Part shown: piece after piece, positions 8,023 through 17,607 of the stretch
Layout: each line of letters starts with the position of its first letter
Numbering within the stretch: position 1 is the first letter of the stretch
From: Promethearchaeota archaeon
GTDB lineage: Archaea; Asgardarchaeota; Lokiarchaeia; Sigyniarchaeales; SOKP01
NCBI GenBank assembly: GCA_048938855.1
Contig: JBHLLT010000017.1
Span: 1-61,210 of the forward strand
DNA length: 61,210 nt
Direction: 5' to 3'
Notes under the pieces: model-generated
The model's input: only the letters and a program-made list of their open reading frames with translations
Database searches by the model: none
What the model was told of the DNA's origin: nothing
Program-made: the position numbers and the translations under genes

Positions 8023-9531
8023 ATGCCTCGTGGTGGTGGTGGGGGATTTCGTGGTGGTGGAGGATTTCGTGGTGGTGGTTTTGGTGGAGGATTTCGTGGT
8101 GGCGGATTTCGAGGTGGTGGTTTTGGTGGAGGATTTAGAGCCCCTTATAGTGGAGGCGGAAGGCCATTTGGAAGAACTGGAGCTAATCGCGTAGTATCAA
8201 GATCTCCCAGGGGCCCTTATACACATAGATATTATCGCCCATCTCGTATGTATTACAGACCCTCTTGGTGGTATCATCGCCCTTGGTATTGGAGGTGGTG
8301 GTATTCGCCTTGGTGGGCGGGTTATTATTATCGCCCTTGGTATTATAGCCCTGTTTATGTAGGTGGGGGGATATTATCTGTAATTATCCTTTTCTTAATA
8401 ATTCTACCTGTTGCTGGAGTAGCACTATGGTTTCCATTTACTAGTGCAGACGCAAATGGTACTGTTAATTATCGTTCTACTGAAACTTTATACTTTAATG
8501 AGTTCTGGTATGAATATGAATACATAGAAAATGGACAGGATATAACATTTTCAGTACAATCAACACCTAGTACTATTACATTTGCTCTTTGGAATCAGCC
8601 ATTTGAGAATCTGCCTACAACTACCAAATATGTTGATGTTGTTAATTCAGTAGCTATTAATCCCATATCCTATGACACTTGGACAGAGTGGTTATTTCTA
8701 AGAGCTGGTTCTTCACTTATCTACGATTATAATTCGAGTGCAAACCTAGATTTCTTTATTGCGGATGCTTGGGATTTCTATAATTGGAATCAAGGAGGTT
8801 CTCCATCATTTCCAGTAAGTGTGTTGAATAATGATCAAGGAAATGGTTTCTATAATGTTCCTACAACTCAAGATTATTATCTTGTATGGTATAACGATGG
8901 AGGCTCCACCATTAACGTAGATTATACAATAAATTATACAGCTGTAAATGTGCCTGATTTTAGTCTTACTCCCGAGAATCATGAAAATGTTGATTTTGTT
9001 GCAACAGATACTTTCACAGCGACCTCATCAGGAAATTGGTATTTCTTTATATATTTTGATCCTATGAATTCTCCTGAGGAATCAACAACAATTACTTTTG
9101 ACGTTACTTACGATACAGGTGTAACTTACCAAGAGAGATGGTTTGATGTTCAATGGATATTAATTATAGTTCTTGTTGTTGTTGTACTTTTATTGATAGC
9201 CGCTGTTGTAGCAAGAAGAGGTCAAAAAAAATTGAAATTGAAAGCACCAACAACCACAGATCAAGCAAAAAAATCACCATATAAAATTACTCCTGCAGAA
9301 ACAGAGAAAGAAACGGTCAAGAAGGAAGAAATAAAATGTACTCGTTGCGGCGCTTCAATAAAACCAGATTCAAAATTCTGTCCTAAATGTGGAGGAAAAA
9401 TAGAAGGAAGACAAGTTAATGTTCCTTCAATAACTACGCCAGCTACGGCAAAAACATGTTCTTTATGTGGAAGTAAACTTACTGGAACAGAAAAATTCTG
9501 TAAATGGTGCGGTACAAAAATAGAACAATAA
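8023..9531 (+). CDS. Two-pass membrane protein: RGG/FG low-complexity and R/Y/W-rich N-terminus, external beta-rich domain, two C-terminal double zinc ribbons
   Basis: MPRGGGGGFRGGGGFRGGGFGGGFRGGG...; TM ILSVIILFLIILPVAGVALW; TM WILIIVLVVVVLLLIAAVVA; CTRC..CPKC and CSLC..CKWC. Confidence 0.85.
   Translation: MPRGGGGGFRGGGGFRGGGFGGGFRGGGFRGGGFGGGFRAPYSGGGRPFGRTGANRVVSRSPRGPYTHRYYRPSRMYYRPSWWYHRPWYWRWWYSPWWAGYYYRPWYYSPVYVGGGILSVIILFLIILPVAGVALWFPFTSADANGTVNYRSTETLYFNEFWYEYEYIENGQDITFSVQSTPSTITFALWNQPFENLPTTTKYVDVVNSVAINPISYDTWTEWLFLRAGSSLIYDYNSSANLDFFIADAWDFYNWNQGGSPSFPVSVLNNDQGNGFYNVPTTQDYYLVWYNDGGSTINVDYTINYTAVNVPDFSLTPENHENVDFVATDTFTATSSGNWYFFIYFDPMNSPEESTTITFDVTYDTGVTYQERWFDVQWILIIVLVVVVLLLIAAVVARRGQKKLKLKAPTTTDQAKKSPYKITPAETEKETVKKEEIKCTRCGASIKPDSKFCPKCGGKIEGRQVNVPSITTPATAKTCSLCGSKLTGTEKFCKWCGTKIEQ
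8029..8140 (+). repeat. Coding microrepeat (ggt)n-gga-ttt-cgt encoding GGGFR units
   Basis: Repeated ggatttcgtggtggtgg units are visible at 8029-8140. Confidence 0.9.
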
Positions 9532-9539
9532 TTAATTAA

Positions 9540-9555
9540 TTTTTTTTTTTTTTTT
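9540..9555. terminator. Poly-T tract between convergent genes
   Basis: About 16 consecutive T immediately after the stop of 8023..9531; oligo-T is the usual archaeal terminator. Confidence 0.6.
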
Positions 9556-9583
9556 ATAATTATAAATCAAAATAAAAAATTAT

Positions 9584-9793
9584 TTATTCAATTTCTTGAG
9601 GAGCAATATTTTCTTCGTCATGATTCTTAACAGAACTATAACTACCCTTTACTTCATTAATATCAACAGTTACGACTGTATGTCCTAAATGTTCCTTTTC
9701 AAACCTTTTTATTTCTGCTTGATTAACGGGATTACTAGGATGAATTACCATATAAGATCGACACTTTATACACGCACGACATCGGACACTCAT
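9584..9793 (-). CDS. Small putative zinc-binding protein (CxxC...HxxH)
   Basis: RCRACIKC and EHLGH motifs; 69 aa; own AT-rich upstream region. Confidence 0.7.
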   Translation of the reverse strand: MSVRCRACIKCRSYMVIHPSNPVNQAEIKRFEKEHLGHTVVTVDINEVKGSYSSVKNHDEENIAPQEIE

Positions 9794-10093
9794 GGTTGTA
9801 ATCCTTATTTCTATATTTAGTATTATTAAATTGATCCGTACTTAGTTGTCAAATATTTAAAAAATTATAAAATATTTCAAATTTATGGTTTTAATCTAAA
9901 AATGTTCTTAACGTTATAAAACAAAAACTAATATTAAAATGATCTTTTAATTAATATTTAATTTACGTAAAATGCAAAAATCTTTATAAATGATATTTTC
10001 TCTTTAAATTTTTGTTCCAATAACACGTAATATTACATAAGCATTTCACATTTAACCCAAAATATCTAATTTAATTTAAAATTTTTAAAAAAA

Positions 10094-12340
10094 TTAAATA
10101 TCCATTAAACTAGGTATTGTGCTATCGTACCTTTCTTTCATTTTTTCTATTTTCATTTTAAAACTTCGAGATTTTAATCCTTTTATATTAATTTCAGGAA
10201 CATTAGATAGAACACCAATTTTACTAGCTTCAATATTATATCTCTTAGCAATTTTTAAGACAGTTTTGTAATCTTTTGGATCTGTTTCTATAATGAATCT
10301 TCCAACTGATTCGCTAAATAGAAATTCATCGTCATTTAAATTTTCATTATAAGTGTTTGAAAAGTCTAAATCTACTCCTAGTTTATTTTTAAAGCACATT
10401 TCTGCAATATTAATGATAACTCCTCCCTTACTTATATCATGATTAGCTTTTACAAGCTTTTTCTTATATAATTCAAAAAGAAAATCCCAAGTAGCCTTAA
10501 TTTTTGAATCATCAACCTTAGGAGGTATTCCTCCTTCAATACCATATATAACAGAATGATATTCTGAACCTCCTAACTCTGCTTTAGTCTCTCCAATGAG
10601 AAAAATATCATCTCCTACATTTTTAAGGGGCAATGTAATAATATTTTCTTCATTTTCAATAAGACCAACAATCATCATCAAAGGTGTTGCTTTAATCGCT
10701 ATTTTTTTTACTTCATCTTCATTATAGAAAGAAACATTACCCCCAACTATTGGGATTCTTAAATTTCTGCAGAAATCATTCATACCCTCAACAGATTTAG
10801 AAAAATACCAAAATGATTCAGGAATTTCTGGATTTCCAAAATTACAACAATTTACCATAGCCATAGGCTTTGCTCCATTTGCTATTACATTCGCACACTC
10901 TTCAGCTAATCCCGCTTTAGCTCCTTCATAAGGATCTAAAAAACATTGTTTTGAATTTACACCTACACTAGCTGCAATAAACTTATTAGTACCAATTATT
11001 CTGAGAACCCCTGAATCTCCTTCTCCACATTTTACTACTGATCTAACACCAACTTCATGATCATATTGTCGATAAACCCATTCTTTACTGCATATATTTT
11101 CAGATGCTATTAATTTATAGATAATTTCATCTAATCCTAATGTGAGTAAAGGTGTTTTTTGAGCTAATAATTCATCTAGATATTCTGGCCGTTTCTCCTG
11201 TCGCTTAAATGTTGGCGATTCAGAAAGAGCTTTTGAAGGTATGCTTACAACTAAATCATTACCGTCATAAACTCTTAAAACTTTTGAATCATCCGTTCTC
11301 CCAATCACAGCAAAAGCCATTTCATATTTCCTAAACACATTAAGAACAGATTCTAGCCCTTCAGGTTTTACAATAAAAGCCATTCTTTCTTGTGATTCTG
11401 AGAGCATTATTTCATAAGAACTCATTCCAGGTTCCCTAGTAAAAACTTTTCTTAAATCTATATTACCTCCTGTGTTTCCGTCGCCTGTTAATTCACTTGT
11501 TGCACAGGTTAAACCTCCGCCACCAAGATCTTTCAAACCTCTAACGAATCCTGTCTTTACAGCTTCTAATGTGGCTTCTATAATCAATTTTTTTGTAAAT
11601 GGATCTCCTATTTGAACTGCTGGTCTATCAGCTTCAGACATCTCTGTTAAAGTACGTGATGCAAAGGTAACTCCGTGAATTCCATCTCTACCTGTTGAAC
11701 CCCCCATTAAAACAACATAGTCCCCAGGATTAAACGCTCTACTAGGTGCGTGTTTAAAATCTTCAATTGTCCCCAAACCTATACAAGCTACATTTACTAA
11801 ACAATTACTTTCAAAACTATCATCAAATTCAATTTCACCACCAATAGTTGGAATACCGGTGCAATTACCATAATCTGCAATACCTTTTACGACATATTTG
11901 AATAACCATTGAGAATGTGGATTATCTTTAAGAGGTCCGAATCTTAAAGGATCTAACAAGGCGATTGGACGGACCCCCATACATAATATATCTCTTATAA
12001 TCCCACCAATTCCCGTAGCAGCTCCATGATAAGGTTCGATTGCAGAAGGATGATTGTGAGATTCTATTCGAAATGCTAAAGCGTATCCATCCCCAATATT
12101 AATAACTCCAGCATCTTGTCCAGGACCAGCTAAAACATAATCATAATTAGCCTCAGCATCTTCAAATATTCTCAATCTTGGACGAGATGATTTATAGGAA
12201 CAATGTTCAGACCACATAATAGAGAACATTCCTACTTCAGTAAGATTTGGATCTCGTTTTAGTAACTCTTTAACCTTTTCAAATTCTTCTTGAGTTAATT
12301 CTATGTCTACTTCTTCTCCGTTAAGATCTACTTTTGTCAT
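10094..12340 (-). CDS. purL: Phosphoribosylformylglycinamidine synthase subunit PurL
   Basis: MWSEHCSYKSS, ESHNHPSAIEPYHGAATGIGGIIRDI, DLGGGGL, LSESQERM, QYDHEV, GGNVSFYNE. Confidence 0.98.
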   Translation of the reverse strand: MTKVDLNGEEVDIELTQEEFEKVKELLKRDPNLTEVGMFSIMWSEHCSYKSSRPRLRIFEDAEANYDYVLAGPGQDAGVINIGDGYALAFRIESHNHPSAIEPYHGAATGIGGIIRDILCMGVRPIALLDPLRFGPLKDNPHSQWLFKYVVKGIADYGNCTGIPTIGGEIEFDDSFESNCLVNVACIGLGTIEDFKHAPSRAFNPGDYVVLMGGSTGRDGIHGVTFASRTLTEMSEADRPAVQIGDPFTKKLIIEATLEAVKTGFVRGLKDLGGGGLTCATSELTGDGNTGGNIDLRKVFTREPGMSSYEIMLSESQERMAFIVKPEGLESVLNVFRKYEMAFAVIGRTDDSKVLRVYDGNDLVVSIPSKALSESPTFKRQEKRPEYLDELLAQKTPLLTLGLDEIIYKLIASENICSKEWVYRQYDHEVGVRSVVKCGEGDSGVLRIIGTNKFIAASVGVNSKQCFLDPYEGAKAGLAEECANVIANGAKPMAMVNCCNFGNPEIPESFWYFSKSVEGMNDFCRNLRIPIVGGNVSFYNEDEVKKIAIKATPLMMIVGLIENEENIITLPLKNVGDDIFLIGETKAELGGSEYHSVIYGIEGGIPPKVDDSKIKATWDFLFELYKKKLVKANHDISKGGVIINIAEMCFKNKLGVDLDFSNTYNENLNDDEFLFSESVGRFIIETDPKDYKTVLKIAKRYNIEASKIGVLSNVPEINIKGLKSRSFKMKIEKMKERYDSTIPSLMDI

Positions 12341-13050
12341 TAAGACGACCTCCGCTTAATAAATTCAACCATAGAATTAAAAAACAATTTCCCATGTTCA
12401 GTACCCCTTGGACTTAATATTCTTTCAGAAGCACGTTCAGGATGAGGCATAAGTCCAACACAATTTTGTTCTAAATTGCAAATTCCTGCTATACTTCCCA
12501 ATGATCCATTTGGATTTGCTTCTTTTGTTAGTTCCCCTTTTTCAGTAGAATACTTAAAGACAATTTGGTCATTATCTTCTAATTCTTTTAAGTTATCAAC
12601 AAAATAACGGCCTTCTGCATGAGCTATAGGTAAAGCAAGAACGTCTCCTACATTCATTTTATTAGAAAAGGCAGTTTTATTATTCTCCACCTTTAGATTT
12701 ACCCACTTACATATAAATTTGAGAGAGTCATTATGCAAAAATGCTCCCGGAATAAGTTGGGCTTCCGCTAAAATTTGACATCCATTACAGATACCTATTA
12801 CAGGTCTTCCGTCTTTAACCATTATCCTTGCCTCGTCAATTGCAGGACTATGAGCAGCAATAATTCCACCTCTTAAATAATCACCAAAAGAAAAGCCTCC
12901 GGGTAATATAACTCCATCATAATTGGATTCTTTGAAATAGTTATGCCAAACTAAATCAACATCAATTTGTATTATATTTTTCAGAACATGTATTGTATCT
13001 AAATCACAATTAGCCCCCGGGAATTGAATAACAGCTACTTTAATACTCAT
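12340..13050 (-). CDS. purQ: FGAM synthase glutaminase subunit PurQ
   Basis: FPGANCD, PGGFSFGDYLR, GICNGCQIL, GLMPHPER. Confidence 0.98.
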   Translation of the reverse strand: MSIKVAVIQFPGANCDLDTIHVLKNIIQIDVDLVWHNYFKESNYDGVILPGGFSFGDYLRGGIIAAHSPAIDEARIMVKDGRPVIGICNGCQILAEAQLIPGAFLHNDSLKFICKWVNLKVENNKTAFSNKMNVGDVLALPIAHAEGRYFVDNLKELEDNDQIVFKYSTEKGELTKEANPNGSLGSIAGICNLEQNCVGLMPHPERASERILSPRGTEHGKLFFNSMVEFIKRRSS

Positions 13051-13056
13051 AATTTC

Positions 13057-13329
13057 TTAAGACTCTTTTTTTAATTTTAAAATCCTGAAATTTTGAGTTA
13101 CCGGGTTGTAAATTCGTAACTTATTTAATAAATCTTCAATAATATCTTTAGCTCGTTCCTCACTTTCACAATTAAGATTAAATCTTAAATATTGTCCACT
13201 TCGCACATTTGTTACCATATCATAACCCTTTTTTGCGAGTAAATCACGTTTTATAGTTTCACCTACAGGATCACGAGCCTTCTCTTTATTGGTAATAATA
13301 ACTTCTACTATAAATTCTTGAAGCGCCAT
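13057..13329 (-). CDS. purS: FGAM synthase subunit PurS
   Basis: DPVGETI, VRSG, NPV motifs; directly upstream of purQ. Confidence 0.92.
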   Translation of the reverse strand: MALQEFIVEVIITNKEKARDPVGETIKRDLLAKKGYDMVTNVRSGQYLRFNLNCESEERAKDIIEDLLNKLRIYNPVTQNFRILKLKKES

Positions 13330-13509
13330 TTTAAGTAAAAAGAAGTTGTATATATTTTTTAATAATTCTTATTAGCTTAAAAATAATGTTCATCGACAAA
13401 AACGACAAGAGACAGATAAATCTTAGCTTAATTTAAGTAATTAAAATATCATTATAGGAACAATTACCATTTTTAGCTGAAAATAGAAGAAGTAATTTCT
13501 ATTTATGAA

Positions 13510-13713
13510 TCATGTATAACCTATACTCAGAATTACTGAAGTTACTAAAGCAAGAAGACCAAATAACAAAGCATATCGACTTCGTTTTGGGATATAAGTT
13601 CTTTTTGAATCTTCATTTTTCTCTTTTTGATAGCTTTCAAGGTCAAGGATTAGAAATATAAAACTCAGGACAAACAAAGTAATGATTAAAAATAAAAGTA
13701 TTAAATTCAGCAT
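13510..13713 (-). CDS. Small two-TM hypothetical protein
   Basis: 67 aa with two hydrophobic segments separated by a charged loop. Confidence 0.55.
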   Translation of the reverse strand: MLNLILLFLIITLFVLSFIFLILDLESYQKEKNEDSKRTYIPKRSRYALLFGLLALVTSVILSIGYT

Positions 13714-13759
13714 AATACGAAAAGATACAATGTATAATTATTTAAATTTTTCTTAACTG

Positions 13760-14737
13760 CTATAAGTAATTGGCTTCCTTTAAATTTTGATAAATTCTTG
13801 TTTTAACATCTGATACTTCCGCTTGAAATTCAATACCAGTAATCTTTTTAAAGCTTCGCATGTATCTTTTTGCTAATTCTATTTTAATCTCTTCTGAAAT
13901 GGGAGGAATTATTTCATCCGGTTTAATATCAGGAAAAATTTCGGGATAAGTTTTCATTAACCATCCTCGAAAGATTTCCTTGTCCAATATGTCAGGATCA
14001 TCTCCAGATTCAAATTTTTCATTATATGTATCGAGGATCCAAAATCGAGACGAATCTTGAGTATGAATTTCATCAATTACCATCAATTCTCCTTCTTTCA
14101 AGCCGAATTCATATTTAGTATCAACCAATATAAGCCCATTTTTTGTACAAAATTTTTGTCCAAAATTAAACAATTTGAGTGCAGTTTCTTCCATTTGGTC
14201 ATAAATGTCTTTCTCAACCAATCCTTGCTTTAAAATCTCTTCTTTTGATAAGTAAATATCATGCCCTGATTCTGCTTTTGTTGAGGGAGTAACTATTGTT
14301 TCTTCAAACTTCTGATTTTTTTTCATTCCATTTGGAGGCAATATACCTGATGTGGGTTTTCCTTTATTATAATCTCGCCACATGCTTCCCGTTAAATAAC
14401 CCCTTATAACAACTTCAACTGGAATTGTATCGCATTGATGAACCACAGATACATTTGGATCTGGCACATCGATAATATGATTTTTAACAATATTTTTCGT
14501 TTTCTCAAACCAAAAGGATGAAACTTGATTTAACATTTGACCTTTGAATGGAATTGTAGTTATAACTCTATCAAAAGCGCTTAAACGGTCTGTTGCAATG
14601 ATAATCCTTTTATCTTCTTTTATATAATTATCTCTAACTTTTCCTCGATATAATTTACCTAAATTTGAAAAACTCGTGTCTTTTAAAGTATAATTTAATT
14701 GTTTTTTGATAATATTATCAATATCGTTGGCTACCAT
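13760..14737 (-). CDS. purC: SAICAR synthase (long form)
   Basis: YRGKVRD, TDRLSAFD, TPSTKA..GHD, ILVDTKYEFG, DEIHTQDSSRFW. Confidence 0.96.
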   Translation of the reverse strand: MVANDIDNIIKKQLNYTLKDTSFSNLGKLYRGKVRDNYIKEDKRIIIATDRLSAFDRVITTIPFKGQMLNQVSSFWFEKTKNIVKNHIIDVPDPNVSVVHQCDTIPVEVVIRGYLTGSMWRDYNKGKPTSGILPPNGMKKNQKFEETIVTPSTKAESGHDIYLSKEEILKQGLVEKDIYDQMEETALKLFNFGQKFCTKNGLILVDTKYEFGLKEGELMVIDEIHTQDSSRFWILDTYNEKFESGDDPDILDKEIFRGWLMKTYPEIFPDIKPDEIIPPISEEIKIELAKRYMRSFKKITGIEFQAEVSDVKTRIYQNLKEANYL

Positions 14738-14800
14738 GATTTTAAAATAGTTGAAAAGATCATAAAAATTCTTTTTATTAATAAAAAAATAATAAAATAA

Positions 14801-15673
14801 TCAACGATTAACTTTTTCTATTGTTACTTCTAAAATGTCTGTAATCCCAACCTTTTTAGCACATTTTCTTATATAATTCTTCCTATTTTCTTTAAATATA
14901 TCTAAAATTATTATTGTAGGTATGAAGACAAAGGTTAGAGTTATTGGAAATGGAATAAGAACTATTAAAGAAATAACTACATCATGAAACATCAATGTAA
15001 ACATCTGTTGTAGGAATATCCCAAAAAATAAACTGTATTGAATAATTACGCTTATTCCTGCATAGCCTTTCATTATAAATAAGTACCATCCACCTACAGA
15101 TTTTACTTCAAATGGTTTATCCTTATCTTTGACTTTTTCTTTATTTGTATAAATTATTCCTCCATCTAATAGAAACCATATAGGAGAAAATATAAAAGCT
15201 GAAATTCCAAGAAAAGCCATTAATAAAGTTAACAATGCTGCAAATGTATTTTCACCGGGAGCCCCCCAATAAATTGGAGATATAATACTTTGATAAACCA
15301 GAGGTAGCGGCGCAAGCATTAACGCAAAATTTAGTGCTATTAATGTTGGAAAGAATCCTTGGAATGTTTTATGGAATTTTGTAGTAGTGGGTTTCTCTTG
15401 TAGACCATAAGTCATTTTTCTTCCAATTATTTTTTTATGTATAATAAGGTATAAAGGAGATAAAGCATAACCCCCTACAATAGCTCCTAATAGAGAAACT
15501 AGTGGATATACAATAAAAAACATTATTCCTATCTGTCCACCTTTATTTACATCTGGGAGTAGTGGGGTTAAACTTGGTGTAGCAAGATAAAAGTAAAAAC
15601 CAGCTAATAATCCAAATAATATGATATAAATACTGAAAATTGAGATCGAAAGTAAATACTTTGAAAATCTCAT
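14801..15673 (-). CDS. Multi-pass membrane hypothetical protein
   Basis: About six hydrophobic segments; WFLLDGGIIY and KGYAG motifs shared with the remnant at 201-671. Confidence 0.8.
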   Translation of the reverse strand: MRFSKYLLSISIFSIYIILFGLLAGFYFYLATPSLTPLLPDVNKGGQIGIMFFIVYPLVSLLGAIVGGYALSPLYLIIHKKIIGRKMTYGLQEKPTTTKFHKTFQGFFPTLIALNFALMLAPLPLVYQSIISPIYWGAPGENTFAALLTLLMAFLGISAFIFSPIWFLLDGGIIYTNKEKVKDKDKPFEVKSVGGWYLFIMKGYAGISVIIQYSLFFGIFLQQMFTLMFHDVVISLIVLIPFPITLTFVFIPTIIILDIFKENRKNYIRKCAKKVGITDILEVTIEKVNR

Positions 15674-15759
15674 TTAATCTACCTTAAATAATAAAAAACT
15701 ATTATGTTCTAGTCTCTTTAATCACTATATAAGTATTTCTTTATTCAAATAAATTAAAT

Positions 15760-16230
15760 TCAGTCTAGATCTACAGAGATCCCACATTTATTGCATCTTT
15801 TAGCCCCTCGGAATAAACTATTATTACATTCAGGGCAATGATATCTTTTCTCTTCCTCCTCAACCCATTTTTCGGTTCCTATTTCTTTCCATCGAGGGAT
15901 TGCCCTTAGAATAACTCTTTTACCGACAGGTATAGGAAACCGGTCAATATATTTACATGGGAAATCATCACATTGACTACAACTATAAAATCCTTTCTTT
16001 AGTATACAATCCCTAATAGGACATGATTTACAGTATCCAAAAATACCCTCCTGGTTTTCTGACATACAACCTGTACATTTGATATCATCTGCAGTTTTAG
16101 AAACTGGTTTATAGACATCTACAAGTATATTTTTGAACTTCAAATTACTGTCTCTATCAGCGATGTGTATAGCACATACACCACAATAAAGCCCGCATGG
16201 AGCTAATAGATCTTTATTTATATTACTCAT
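15760..16230 (-). CDS. DUF3795-like Cys-rich protein with C-terminal zinc ribbon
   Basis: APCGLYCGVC, CTGC, CKSCPIRDC, CSQCDDFPC, CPEC...CNKCG. Confidence 0.85.
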   Translation of the reverse strand: MSNINKDLLAPCGLYCGVCAIHIADRDSNLKFKNILVDVYKPVSKTADDIKCTGCMSENQEGIFGYCKSCPIRDCILKKGFYSCSQCDDFPCKYIDRFPIPVGKRVILRAIPRWKEIGTEKWVEEEEKRYHCPECNNSLFRGAKRCNKCGISVDLD

Positions 16231-16241
16231 TTGAATCTCTC

Positions 16242-16622
16242 CTAATTTGATTTCTTATAATATTTTCCGTCATTAAATTCTTTTTTTGAATATTTTTTTT
16301 TATTTTTTTTCATTTTATTCATAAAAATATTGGTCAAATCTAGATCTAACGAATTAATCAGACTAATTAAATAAATAAAAACATCGGCGATTTCGTCCGA
16401 AATATTACCAAGAAGGTTCTCATTTTCCTTAATCTCTTCTTTTGTATATTCTTTAAACAGTAATAGCTGTGATAATTCTCCAGCTTCACAGTTTATCGCT
16501 TGGACTAAATTCTTAGGAGTGTGATATTTAACCCAATTTCTTTCTTCTATAAAATTTTTCAATTCTTCTTTGAAAAATGATATAGTGATATTATTATCAT
16601 TATTTTTCTCACTTTCAATCAT
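16242..16622 (-). CDS. MazG-like nucleotide pyrophosphohydrolase (dCTP pyrophosphatase type)
   Basis: ERNWVKYHTPKNL...EAGEL...DEIADVFIYL...KMKKNKKKY. Confidence 0.9.
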   Translation of the reverse strand: MIESEKNNDNNITISFFKEELKNFIEERNWVKYHTPKNLVQAINCEAGELSQLLLFKEYTKEEIKENENLLGNISDEIADVFIYLISLINSLDLDLTNIFMNKMKKNKKKYSKKEFNDGKYYKKSN

Positions 16623-16664
16623 GATAAACTACATTTAAGTGATATAGGAAGGAATATATAATAT

Positions 16665-17492
16665 TCACTTAAATTTTCTAATAAAATTGCATATTATTTC
16701 ATTAACAACTTCAGATCGTTGATTTGGCATAAAATGTCCTGCCATATCGATGATTTCAAGTTCACTTTGCGGTATTTTCTTATGAAGTTCTTCTGACATC
16801 TGTTCAGGAGCAAAATTATCAAGTCTTCCTCCAATTATTAGAGTAGGACATTTAATACCCGATGGATCATACTCTTGTATCTCATGTATCATCCGGAAAA
16901 TTTGGTCTTCAATTTGCATATGTAATTGATCCCTTGTTAGCTTTAACCCTGCTAATGAATCAGATAAAGCAGTTATTATATATGGAATAGTTTTGTCTAG
17001 TATTTTATCAACAGAATTAGCTAAAACTTCTAAAAAATTCATTCGGATAAAATATGGAAGCAAATTATAAAAAATATTTCTTATAACATTATCAATCATA
17101 ATATAGCCGGAATTGAGTAAGATAAGAAATTTGATATTTTTAGGATGTTTTGTAGCAAATAGTTGACCAATCATCCCCCCAACTAGAGAGTGTCCTATTA
17201 TACCATATCTCTCACTTACATTTAAAAATTTGAGGAGATCTTCCAAATCTCTAATAATATCATATCTTAGATTCTTCGAAAGATTAATTTCTTTAGGATG
17301 TTCACTCCTCCCATGCCCTAATGCATCAAAAGCTATAATCCTATAATTATTTTTTAAGATATTTATTTGAGCTTTGAAAAAAGAAGCAGAAGATGCAAAT
17401 CCATGAATAAGAATAATAGTACACCCATTTGAATCTGGGTTAATATTTTCATAATATAAATTATAACCCTCTTTGTTCTTGAAATAAGGCAT
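16665..17492 (-). CDS. Alpha/beta hydrolase
   Basis: LIHGF, DALGHGRS, GHSLVGG, PTLIIGGRLD, AGHF. Confidence 0.9.
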   Translation of the reverse strand: MPYFKNKEGYNLYYENINPDSNGCTIILIHGFASSASFFKAQINILKNNYRIIAFDALGHGRSEHPKEINLSKNLRYDIIRDLEDLLKFLNVSERYGIIGHSLVGGMIGQLFATKHPKNIKFLILLNSGYIMIDNVIRNIFYNLLPYFIRMNFLEVLANSVDKILDKTIPYIITALSDSLAGLKLTRDQLHMQIEDQIFRMIHEIQEYDPSGIKCPTLIIGGRLDNFAPEQMSEELHKKIPQSELEIIDMAGHFMPNQRSEVVNEIICNFIRKFK

Positions 17493-17607
17493 ATGAGATT
17501 TTAATTATTGATATTCAATAATTTTTGAAATTAAAACTTCCAAAAATACTTTTCTAAATTTTAGAGTAACCTCTATAAACTGAAAATATGCAAAAAAAGA
17601 TATAAAT

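Noticed and set aside
7964-8194. 76-aa Val-rich ORF (VVVEDF repeats)
   Set aside because: It is an alternative-frame reading of the GGT-rich RGG repeat and overlaps two real genes.
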